41,854 nucleotides of DNA, from positions 1 through 41,854 of the forward strand of contig CBDDBZ010000009.1 in the NCBI GenBank assembly GCA_965225945.1. The letters run 5' to 3'. The notes under the pieces were generated by a model. The model made no database searches, was not told the origin of the DNA, and worked only from the letters and a program-made list of their open reading frames with translations. This document shows positions 27,766 through 35,722 of this stretch, in pieces. Each line of letters opens with the position of its first letter. Positions within the stretch are counted from its first letter, which is position 1. Source of the DNA: Alphaproteobacteria bacterium (GTDB lineage Bacteria; Pseudomonadota; Alphaproteobacteria; GCA-2731375). Position numbers and translations under genes: made by a program.

Positions 27766-29337
27766 ATGGAAATCGCGTTGACCCCCATGGAATTCGCTCG
27801 GCGTGCGCGCCGGCTCTACGCCGAACGTGAAGCGGTCGTCGATGGAGATTTGCGGTTCACTTACGCCCAGTTCCTGGAACGCTGCGACCGCTGGTCGTCG
27901 GCGCTCCAGGCGCTGGGAGTCGGGCATGGCGATCGGGTCGCCTACATCGCGCCGAACACGCACTCTCATCTAGAGGGGTACTACGCGGTACCCCAAATTG
28001 GCGCGGTGCTGGTGCCCATCAATTATCGGCTGCTGCCGGATGAATTCGAGTACATCATCAACCACTGTGGGGCCAAGATCGTATGCGCTCACGCGGACTA
28101 CATCGACGCCATTGACGGCATTCGGGACAAGCTGGTCGGCGTCGAACATTTCGTGGCGCTGGAAGGCTCGGGAGACGACTGGATCGATTACGAATCGAGG
28201 CTTCGGTCGCATTCGCCCGACTTCGCCGAGATCGAAATCGCCGAGACCGATCTCCTCTCGATCAACTACACGAGCGGAACGACGGCACGGCCCAAGGGGG
28301 TGATGATCACCCACCGCAACGCGTACGTGAACATCATGGGCACCCTTGCCCATCACCACCTGACACCGAGCGATCGATATCTGTGGACCTTGCCGATGTT
28401 TCACGCGAACGGGTGGACCTTCACCTGGATCAACACCGCCCGCGGCATGGCCCACGTCTGCCTTCGGAAAGTGGAACCAGCGCTCATCTTCCAGCTGATC
28501 AAGGACGAGAACATTACGATGTTCTGCGCGGCCCCCACGGTGCTCATCGGCATCGCGAATGCGCCAGAGGAAGTCAGGGCGGGTGCGCCACGTGGTATCC
28601 GCCTGTTTACCGCCGGGGCCCCACCCGCGCCGGCAACAATCGAGCAGGTCGAGCGAGAACTCGGTTGGGAGCTGACTCACGTGTACGGGCTCACCGAGAC
28701 GGCGCCCCTCATCACGATCTGCGAGCCTCGCCCCGAACATCGCAATCTAGCGCTCGAGGAACGAGCCAAGATCAAGTCGCGCCAGGGCGTCGAGCTCGTG
28801 AGCTCCGGGGAGCTTCGGGTCGTCGACGAAGATGGAAACGAGGTCCCACACGACGGGGAATCTCTCGGCGAGATCACGGTGCGGGGCAACGTGGTCATGA
28901 AGGGCTACTACAACGACCCCGAGGCAACGGACGCGGCGATCAAGAACGGCTGGTTCCACTCGGGCGATGCGGCGGTCGTTCACCCCGATGGCTTCGTGGA
29001 AATTCGGGATCGATTCAAAGACGTCATCATCAGCGGCGGCGAGAACATCTCTTCGGTAGAGGTCGAAGGCTGTCTGCTGCGTCACCCGGCAGTGCGGGAA
29101 GTCGCCGTCGTCGGCATGAGCCATGAGAAATGGGGCGAGGCACCCCATGCCTTCGTCATCCTGCGAGATGGTGCCGAAACGAGCGAAGATGAGCTCAAGC
29201 TTCACGTGCGCGACAGCTTGGCCCACTTCAAGACGCCGCAGTGGGTGAGCTTCGTCGACGACCTGCCAAAGACGGCGACGGGTAAGGTACAGAAGTTCGT
29301 ACTGCGGGGCGGCAAAGCCGGCATCGCGCGACAATAG
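27766..29337 (+). CDS. Acyl-CoA synthetase (long-chain fatty acid-CoA ligase family)
   Basis: YTSGTTARPKG, YGLTET, GWFHSGD, DR.KDVIISGGENISS.EVE, LPKTATGKVQK. Confidence 0.95.
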   Translation: MEIALTPMEFARRARRLYAEREAVVDGDLRFTYAQFLERCDRWSSALQALGVGHGDRVAYIAPNTHSHLEGYYAVPQIGAVLVPINYRLLPDEFEYIINHCGAKIVCAHADYIDAIDGIRDKLVGVEHFVALEGSGDDWIDYESRLRSHSPDFAEIEIAETDLLSINYTSGTTARPKGVMITHRNAYVNIMGTLAHHHLTPSDRYLWTLPMFHANGWTFTWINTARGMAHVCLRKVEPALIFQLIKDENITMFCAAPTVLIGIANAPEEVRAGAPRGIRLFTAGAPPAPATIEQVERELGWELTHVYGLTETAPLITICEPRPEHRNLALEERAKIKSRQGVELVSSGELRVVDEDGNEVPHDGESLGEITVRGNVVMKGYYNDPEATDAAIKNGWFHSGDAAVVHPDGFVEIRDRFKDVIISGGENISSVEVEGCLLRHPAVREVAVVGMSHEKWGEAPHAFVILRDGAETSEDELKLHVRDSLAHFKTPQWVSFVDDLPKTATGKVQKFVLRGGKAGIARQ

Positions 29338-29440
29338 CGGAGAAGATCACGAAGGCTCGATGGGGTGGCCCCGGAGAATTGGACAGTCGGCCGAGGTGTT
29401 TTCCCCCCGATGAGGGAGGGATACGAGATGAGGACGCGGC

Positions 29441-29689
29441 TCAGGCGGCGGTCTCGGTCCGGGCGCGGCGCGGCACCAGGGTCGCTCCTTCCGGCGGGAT
29501 CTTCAGCATCTCCGGGTCCGCCACCTTGGCAGCCATGAAATGCATCGCCAGGCCCCGGCGCGGCCGCTTCGTCCGGTTGTGGAGCGAGCGGTGCGGTATC
29601 AGGCGGTGATGGATGGAGAGGCCGCCCGCCGGCACCTCCGCCGCCTCTTCCCGGCAGCGGTCCATGAAGCCGGTGTGTTCGTCGTTCAT
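29441..29689 (-). pseudogene. Chimeric 82-aa ORF: deaminase N-terminus fused in frame to a PhyH C-terminus
   Basis: MNDEHTGFMDRC matches MNDKHTDFMDRC (27436). AAEVPAGGLSIHH...HRSLHNRTKRPRRGLAMHFM matches the PhyH C-terminus at 34784-34990. Confidence 0.85.
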
Positions 29690-29724
29690 CGCGATCTCCG
29701 TCCGTCGTATCTTTGATGGTAATA

Positions 29725-29852
29725 CCAAACGGCGATGAGCTCGACTCGTCGCCGTTTGGCAAGCGCGACCGCGCGCCCGAGCTTATGCGAGGAAAAGCCT
29801 GCGTAGCGTTTGAACGCCAGATGAGCGGCAATGAGTTCTACTCATTGCCGCT
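29725..29852. repeat. Pair of related REP-like hairpins
   Basis: ccaaacggcgatgag-ctcga-ctcgtcgccgtttgg (29725-29759) and agcggcaatgag-ttcta-ctcattgccgct (29824-29852). Confidence 0.75.
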
Positions 29853-29862
29853 TGATAAAACG

Positions 29863-30030
29863 TCGATGGGGAAAGCCGCGTAGCCCGTTCGGCGGCCGGA
29901 TTCGATCCGACCGGGGCGAGCCCCCCTCCCCGCGCGAGCGGGGATGCCCATGGCATAGATTCGCCGCAAGCGAAGACCGCATCACGGCCGGCGGGCTCGG
30001 TTCGACGACTCGGGCCGATCGGAAGGTCGA
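29863..30030. repeat. Non-coding segment upstream of the deaminase stub, copy B
   Basis: Diverged direct repeat of 27472-27639. Confidence 0.9.
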
Positions 30031-30133
30031 GCCGAGGCATGGCCGCCGCCGACGCGATCACCTGCAATGTCGTCTATCGGGGGTATAGTCCCCGTCTGGC
30101 CGGGGTGGTCGATTCGGTCATTGATAGCCATAG

Positions 30134-32073
30134 ATCGGGATAGGGGGGCGCCTCGCGGCGCCGCCCCTCCCACACCACCTGGCATACGGGTCACGTACCT
30201 CGGCGGTTCGACCGGGTTAAGCATGGGCAGAGACATGGAGTCTGGGGAGACCGAATGAGTCGAAAGCGTGGTTTCGCAGGGCCATTTGGACCGCCGGGTG
30301 TCCGGACATGCGCCAGAACCCGGTCGGTGAACCGGCTGCGACCGCTGCATTGAACTTTGGGACGCCACGACGGCGCAGTTCCTTGAAGCGGTTTTGCCCG
30401 TTCCGCCATTGCCGCCAAAGATACATTCGTAGTCTTCGGCGGATCCAGGCTTCCAGATGGGTGAGCACGCGGGGGGTCTGGCAGAAACCGAAATAGCCGC
30501 GCCAACCGATCAGGTATGGTGCCAGTTCTTCGATCACCTGCTCGAGGCTGAGCCCCCGTGTCCGGTGGGTGAGGTCCCGGATCCGCGTCTTGAACTTCTT
30601 GAGCGCTTGTGGCGCGATGCGCCGCTCGCTCCCATCGTTCGAGATGCTGAAGCCCAGGAACTTGCGCGCCTCCGGTCGCGCCACCGCACTCTTGGCCTCG
30701 TTGACCTTCAGCCGCAGCTTCTTGGTCAGGAACCGGCTCACCGAGGCCATGACCCGCTGGCCGGCGCGGTGACTGCGAACATAGATGTTGCAGTCATCGG
30801 CATAACGGCAGAAGCGGTGGCCGCGGCGTTCCAGCTCCTTGTCGAGGTCGTCGAGCACGAGATTGCTGAGGAGGGGCGAAAGCGGACCGCCTTGCGGGGT
30901 CCCCTCGTCCACTGGGCTGACCAAGCCGTTTTCCATCACCCCGGCCTTCAAGAAGGCCCGGATAAGCTTGAGCACCCGCTTATCGGACAGCCGCGCGGCG
31001 ACCCGCGCCATCAAGCTGTCGTGGTTCACCCGGTCGAAAAATTTTTCGAGATCGAGATCGACCACGATGCCATAGCCCTCGGCGACATGACGTTGCGCTT
31101 GGGCGACGGCCTGATGGGCGGAGCGCCCCGGACGGAAGCCGTAGCTGTGCTCGGAAAACGTCGAATCCCAACGCGGTTGAAGGACCTGCAACAGGGCTTG
31201 CTGGATCAGTCTGTCGACGACGCAAGGCACGCCGAGCTTTCTGACCCCGCCGTCCGGCTTGGGTATTTCGACCCGTTTGACCGGCTGCGGCTGGTAACTT
31301 CCTTCGAGCAGTTGAGACCGGATGCTTGGCCAGTGTTCACGCAGGTGGTCCCTGGCGTCGTTGATGGTCATACCATCGACGCCGGGACCACCCTTGTTCC
31401 TGCGAACCTGTTTCCAGGCCCTTTCGAGGTTCTCTCGCTCGCACACCACCTCCATCAGTTGCTCTGCCGTGGCCGGGTTTTCGGGCTCTGGCGCCGCCAT
31501 GGGTGGTTCGGCCCCGTGGTGACCGCCGACCGGGGCTTCACCCCGGTCCCTCGGCTCCAGGGCCAGTGAGTACTGGACGTTCCGCCGCTCTCCACTCATG
31601 AGTTGCCAGTCCTACTTGCCTCTCCCGATCGTTCGGGCCTTCGACCATCGTTGCCGGCTCGGCCTATCCGTTGCTCCGCCTTTCGGCCTGGAGTGCCTCA
31701 ATAGCCTTGCCGACGCCATGACCTACTATGCCCTCTGCTGACTCCTGCGCCGCGATCAGGTTGCCTTACGGCTTCCTCAGTTCCGAGATCGGAACACGAC
31801 GCAGGCCTCCCCAGGTAAGTTCGGTCGCCTTCCCCGCAGCCCTGCCGGATCTACAGCCTCGGCCCTTGATGGATATGGACTTCGCGGTTCGTCGCCCGCT
31901 CGTCCGGCCAGGGATGCCTCGTATCCGGTTTCTGTTCGTCAGGTCGCGGTTTTGCTCCACACTGCCTTCGGAAGCCACCTCGCGATGACCCCCTTGTGCT
32001 TCGCTAATCCTTCACCTCCATCAGGTTGGATGGGAGACTTTCACTCCTAAGCTACCGAACATGCTGGGCACAC
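30134..32073 (-). mobile_element. Group II intron, class C (IIC), 1940 nt
   Basis: 5' GTGTG at 32073; domain V gaaccgccg...gacccgtatgccaggtggtgtg and domain VI ending cctatcccgAT at 30134; RT ORF with no endonuclease domain; located just 3' of the stem-loop accgct-gaa-agcggt. Confidence 0.92.
30217..31599 (-). CDS. ltrA: Group II intron reverse transcriptase/maturase
   Basis: NKG.PGVDG, IPKPDGG.R.LG.P...DR.IQQA, DLEKFFD, GTPQGGPLSPLLSN, RYADD, FLGF, GW.GYF X-domain. Confidence 0.95.
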   Translation of the reverse strand: MSGERRNVQYSLALEPRDRGEAPVGGHHGAEPPMAAPEPENPATAEQLMEVVCERENLERAWKQVRRNKGGPGVDGMTINDARDHLREHWPSIRSQLLEGSYQPQPVKRVEIPKPDGGVRKLGVPCVVDRLIQQALLQVLQPRWDSTFSEHSYGFRPGRSAHQAVAQAQRHVAEGYGIVVDLDLEKFFDRVNHDSLMARVAARLSDKRVLKLIRAFLKAGVMENGLVSPVDEGTPQGGPLSPLLSNLVLDDLDKELERRGHRFCRYADDCNIYVRSHRAGQRVMASVSRFLTKKLRLKVNEAKSAVARPEARKFLGFSISNDGSERRIAPQALKKFKTRIRDLTHRTRGLSLEQVIEELAPYLIGWRGYFGFCQTPRVLTHLEAWIRRRLRMYLWRQWRNGQNRFKELRRRGVPKFNAAVAAGSPTGFWRMSGHPAVQMALRNHAFDSFGLPRLHVSAHA

Positions 32074-32194
32074 AACGAAACCGCTTTCAGCGGTAGTTCG
32101 TGGTGCCGGGCGGTGAGGTCGGTGGCGTAACGGATGGGTCGATCCTGTGTTGAGGTTTGGAGTTCCGAACCTCACGCAACACGGGAGCAGACCC

Positions 32195-33100
32195 ATGACC
32201 GATAGTGACAAGACCATCAGCCCGCTGCGCCAGCGCATGATCGACGACATGGTGCTTCGCGGCTTCAGTGCCAACACGCAGCGCGGCTACATCAGTGCGG
32301 TGGCCGGCTTTTCCGACTTTCTCGCACGCTCTCCGGATCGGGCGGAGGCGGAGGATCTCAGGCGCTATCAAGTGCATATGCGCAAAGCAGGCGCATCGGC
32401 GATGACGATGAACGCGGCGGTCTCGGCATTGCGGTTCTTCTTCGGCGTCACGCTCGGCCGAGGCGACGCCGAGATCGGCATGACGACGGTGGCAATGCCG
32501 CGCAAGCTGCCGGTGATCCTGAGCGTCGAGGAAATGGCGCGGCTTCTCGATGCCGCCCCCGGTCCCAAATACAAGGCGGCCTTTTCGCTGGCCTATGGCG
32601 CCGGCCTGCGCGCTTCGGAGGTGGTCCATCTCAAGGTCCCGGACATCGACAGCAACCGCAAGACGCTTCGCATCGAGCAAGGTAAGGGCCGCCGAGATCG
32701 CTACGCCATGCTCTCGGATCGCGCCGTCGAGCAGCTCAGGGTCTGGTGGTTGCTTGGCCGCGCCCGCGGCGTGATGCTGCCCGGCGGTTGGCTGTTTCCA
32801 GGCCAGAACCCGGTCAACCCGTTGACCACCCGCCAGCTCCGTCGCGCCCTCGATGGCGCCAAGGCGGGGGCGGGGATCGAGAAGCGGATCTCGCTTCACA
32901 CGCTGCGCCACTGCTTCGCCACCCATCTCCTCGAACAGGGCGTCGACATCCGCGTGATCCAGGTTCTACTGGGGCACAAGAAGCTGGAGACCACGGCTCA
33001 CTACACCCAGGTCGCCAGCACCACCTTGCGGCGCGCCAAGAGCCCACTGGACCTGCTCGAGCCGCCGACGCCCAAGACCAAGCGCAAGCCGCCGAAGTGA
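32195..33100 (+). CDS. Tyrosine recombinase/integrase (IntI/XerD-like)
   Basis: SAM-like N-terminal domain, YGAGLRASE, GKG.RDR, HTLRHCFATHLLE.G.DIR.IQ.LLGH..LETT..Y. All catalytic R-K-H-R-H-Y residues are present. Confidence 0.95.
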   Translation: MTDSDKTISPLRQRMIDDMVLRGFSANTQRGYISAVAGFSDFLARSPDRAEAEDLRRYQVHMRKAGASAMTMNAAVSALRFFFGVTLGRGDAEIGMTTVAMPRKLPVILSVEEMARLLDAAPGPKYKAAFSLAYGAGLRASEVVHLKVPDIDSNRKTLRIEQGKGRRDRYAMLSDRAVEQLRVWWLLGRARGVMLPGGWLFPGQNPVNPLTTRQLRRALDGAKAGAGIEKRISLHTLRHCFATHLLEQGVDIRVIQVLLGHKKLETTAHYTQVASTTLRRAKSPLDLLEPPTPKTKRKPPK

Positions 33101-33113
33101 GCCGGCGGCCTCG

Positions 33114-34328
33114 GTGCCGCGTCCCGCGCTCGAGGTCCAGGACATCTTCCGCGACCACGGGCCCGGCTTCCGTCGGGCCCGGGCCGGTCGTCTGAGCCTC
33201 GGCCAACTGAAGGTCATGTCGGCGATCGAGTGTTGCCGCACCGCCGCGCTCGGCGGTCATGTCGCGGCCTGCGAGGACTGCGGGCAGAACCACATCGCCT
33301 ACAATTCCTGTCGCAACCGCCATTGTCCCAAATGCCAAGGCCAGGTCGCGCGCGAATGGCTGGCGGCGCGAGAGGCCGAACTGCTCTCCGTCCCCTACTA
33401 CCATCTCGTCTTCACCCTGCCAGCGGCGATCGCCGACATCGCCTATCAGAACAAGTCGGTGATCTACGATATCCTGTTCAAGGCGAGCGCCGAGACCATG
33501 CTCACCATCGCCGCCGATCCCAAGCATCTCGGCGCCAAGATCGGCATCACCGCCGTGCTCCACACCTGGGGCTCGGCCATGACCCACCATCCCCACATCC
33601 ACATGATCGTGCCGGGTGGCGGAATCTCACCTGACGGTAGCAGTTGGATCTCTTGCCGGCCCGGCTTCTTCCTGCCCGTCCGCGTGCTCTCGCGCCTCTT
33701 CCGCCGCCTCTTCATCGAGAAGCTCCTCGCCGCCCACGAGGCAGGGCGCCTGAAGTTCTTCACCGACCACACCAGCCTCGCCGAGCCGGCGGCCTTCCGT
33801 GTCTTCCTCGCACCGATGCGCAAACAAGAATGGGTCGTCTACGCCAAGCCGCCCTTCGGCGGACCAGAGGCCGTGCTCGCCTATCTCTCCCGCTACACCC
33901 ACCGTGTCGCCATCTCGAACAGCCGCCTGGTCAGCTGCGACAGCCAAGGCGTCATCTTCAAGTACAAGGACTACCGGCGCAAAGGACGCGAGCGCTACAA
34001 GACCTTGCCCCTGGCCGTGCCCGAGTTCATCCGCCGCTTCCTCCTCCATGTCCTGCCCTCGGGCTTTCACCGCATCCGCCATTACGGCCTCTTCGCCAAC
34101 GGCGGTCGCACCCGCAACATCTCCCTTGCCCGCGAACTGCTTGCCATGCCGGCACCGGAGAGTGAGGCCGACGATGCCGCGAGTGACGATGATACCGAAC
34201 CGCCGTCCCTCTCAGAGCCCTGCCCGCAGTGCGGCGGCCGTATGATCGTCATCGAGCGCTTCGAGGCCGGCGCCCAACCACGCGCCCCGCCCCGTGCACG
34301 GCCCCTGGCCAGGGCCACGGCAGCATGA
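33114..34328 (+). CDS. IS91-family rolling-circle (HUH, Y2) transposase with Zn-binding domain
   Basis: CRTAALGGH...C..C, YNSCRNRHCPKCQ, H.VFTLP, LHTWG, HPHIH (HUH), YLSRY (Y2), FHRIRHYGL. Confidence 0.95.
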   Translation: MPRPALEVQDIFRDHGPGFRRARAGRLSLGQLKVMSAIECCRTAALGGHVAACEDCGQNHIAYNSCRNRHCPKCQGQVAREWLAAREAELLSVPYYHLVFTLPAAIADIAYQNKSVIYDILFKASAETMLTIAADPKHLGAKIGITAVLHTWGSAMTHHPHIHMIVPGGGISPDGSSWISCRPGFFLPVRVLSRLFRRLFIEKLLAAHEAGRLKFFTDHTSLAEPAAFRVFLAPMRKQEWVVYAKPPFGGPEAVLAYLSRYTHRVAISNSRLVSCDSQGVIFKYKDYRRKGRERYKTLPLAVPEFIRRFLLHVLPSGFHRIRHYGLFANGGRTRNISLARELLAMPAPESEADDAASDDDTEPPSLSEPCPQCGGRMIVIERFEAGAQPRAPPRARPLARATAA

Positions 34329-34600
34329 CCGACACCGCTTCGAATAACGCTATTGCCGCCGCTCACCCGCGGCCACGATCCCGCTCGCCGCAACACCATC
34401 GAGCGCGCAGGGAACCACCTGCGAGACCCGCCGGCATCGACCCGAAGTCGCCATCAAACCACCCTGCCGGTGTCGTCGCCAATCAGATCCGAGCCATCCA
34501 GCAGCGCCGGCCACCCGAGAAAGCTGGCCCGCCGCTCGCAAATCCCCATAGACCGAGCGTGCCGCACCGCCGAGCCTAGTCCTGCCCGCGGTTTCCTCCC

Positions 34601-34679
34601 TTAAGCGTTGTCCGACACCTGCCGATCCAGTCCGCCGGATGCAACCCCTGCGCCTCGGCAGGTGTCCGACAACGCTTAA
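34601..34679. repeat. Terminal long hairpin of the recombinase-IS91 element
   Basis: ttaagcgttgtccgacacctgccga (34601-34625) pairs with tcggcaggtgtccgacaacgcttaa (34655-34679): 25 bp with one central C:C mismatch and a 29-nt loop. Confidence 0.9.
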
Positions 34680-34683
34680 CACA

Positions 34684-34722
34684 ATCTGTTTGTATCATCT
34701 GTTTGTATCATCTGTTTGTATC
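34684..34722. repeat. Perfect 13-bp tandem repeat x3 (atctgtttgtatc)
   Basis: Three exact adjacent copies beginning 4 nt after the element's inferred right end. Confidence 0.95.
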
Positions 34723-34783
34723 GACTAATATTATGGCAAATCCCGAGGGTGCTCCGGACATCGCGACCACGTCCGGGCGTCGT

Positions 34784-35594
34784 TCAGCCCGCTCCCTCGG
34801 TCCGGGCGCGGCGCAGCACCGGGGTCGCGCCCTCCGGCAGAAGCTTCAGCATCTCCGGGTCCGCCACCTTGGCATCCATGAAGTGCATCGCCAGGCCCCG
34901 GCGTGGCCGGTCGGTCCGGTTGTGCAACGAGCGGTGCGGCATCAGGCAGTGATGGATGGCGAGGCCGCCCGCCGGCACCTCCGCCGCCACGGCGCCCGTC
35001 TCGTCGAGTTCGGGAATGGCGAAATAGAAACCCTTCTTGACCGAGCTGTGGCGAGGCCGCCCGCCGGCACCCAGAAATAGAAACCCTTCTTGACCGAGCT
35101 GTCCCAGAGTTGTGCGCCATCCGCGCACCGTGTCGGCCCGGCAGGTACCACATGCAGCCGTTCGCAATCGTTGCGTCGTCGAGCGCCATCCAGACACTGA
35201 CGGTGCGCTCGCCCGCGACGTTGAAATAATAGTTGTCCTGGTGCCAGCCGACGGCGCCGCCGGTCGCCGCCGGCTTGTAGAGGCCCTGGTAGTGGATCAG
35301 GCGGATATCCGGTCCGATCAGGCATTCCACCAGGTCCAGCAGGCGAGAATCGTTGATCAGCATGCGGAAAATCGGGTGGCGGAGATGCGCCGTGCGAATC
35401 TGATAGACCTGGAAATCCTCGTCCCGATCGCCGCCCGACTGCACATTCTCGAGCGCCTGCTCGGCCTGCAGCCGAGCTGCGATCTCCGTGTAGCAGTCGC
35501 GGAGGTGCGCGATCTCCTCGGCCTCCAAAAATCCCTTCGAGAGCAGATAGCCCTCTCGCCGGAAATGCTCGAGCTGATCCTGGGCGAGCCGCAT
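34784..35594 (-). pseudogene. Phytanoyl-CoA dioxygenase (PhyH) family protein, frameshifted
   Basis: F.REGYL, KPA..GGAVGWHQD, W.ALDDAT..NGCM..LPG.H, HRS..NRTD.PRR. The coding sequence is spread over three frames by a slip near 35113 and an internal duplication at 35049-35102. Confidence 0.88.
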
Positions 35595-35722
35595 GGTCGC
35601 TTCTCCCCTCAACGTGCCATCCGCGATGGTAGCGCGCCACCCGCCGGCGCGAAAGCGGCACCATGCCTCGGGCGGCAAGTGTTGATATACTCGCCGAGTT
35701 GCGACGAGATCCGGAGGGCGCG

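Larger units (their letters stand above)
32074..34680 (+). mobile_element. Tyrosine recombinase + IS91-family transposase element, copy 1 (appears complete; left GAAC split by the intron)
   Basis: Near-identical to 40003-41759 at offset 7929, which fixes the left end. The right end is inferred from aaatccccata (about 34540) and the terminal hairpin 34601-34679 followed by C. Confidence 0.85.

Noticed and set aside
30217-31599. Retron, DGR or defence-associated RT
   Set aside because: The ORF has group II RT and X domains and lies within clear intron boundaries with domains V and VI; no TR/VR pair or msr-msd was seen.
32195-34680. Integron (IntI + attC cassette array)
   Set aside because: The recombinase is coupled to an IS91 transposase. 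The hairpin has RYYYAAC at its 3' end rather than the attC order, lacks clear extrahelical bases, and there is no cassette array.
34684-34722. Possible CRISPR array
   Set aside because: Repeats are 13 bp and adjacent with no spacers; no cas genes in the window.
35021-35102. 29-bp repeat / spacer / repeat resembling a mini-CRISPR
   Set aside because: Both repeat and spacer are copies of the surrounding phyH coding sequence, so it is a local duplication.
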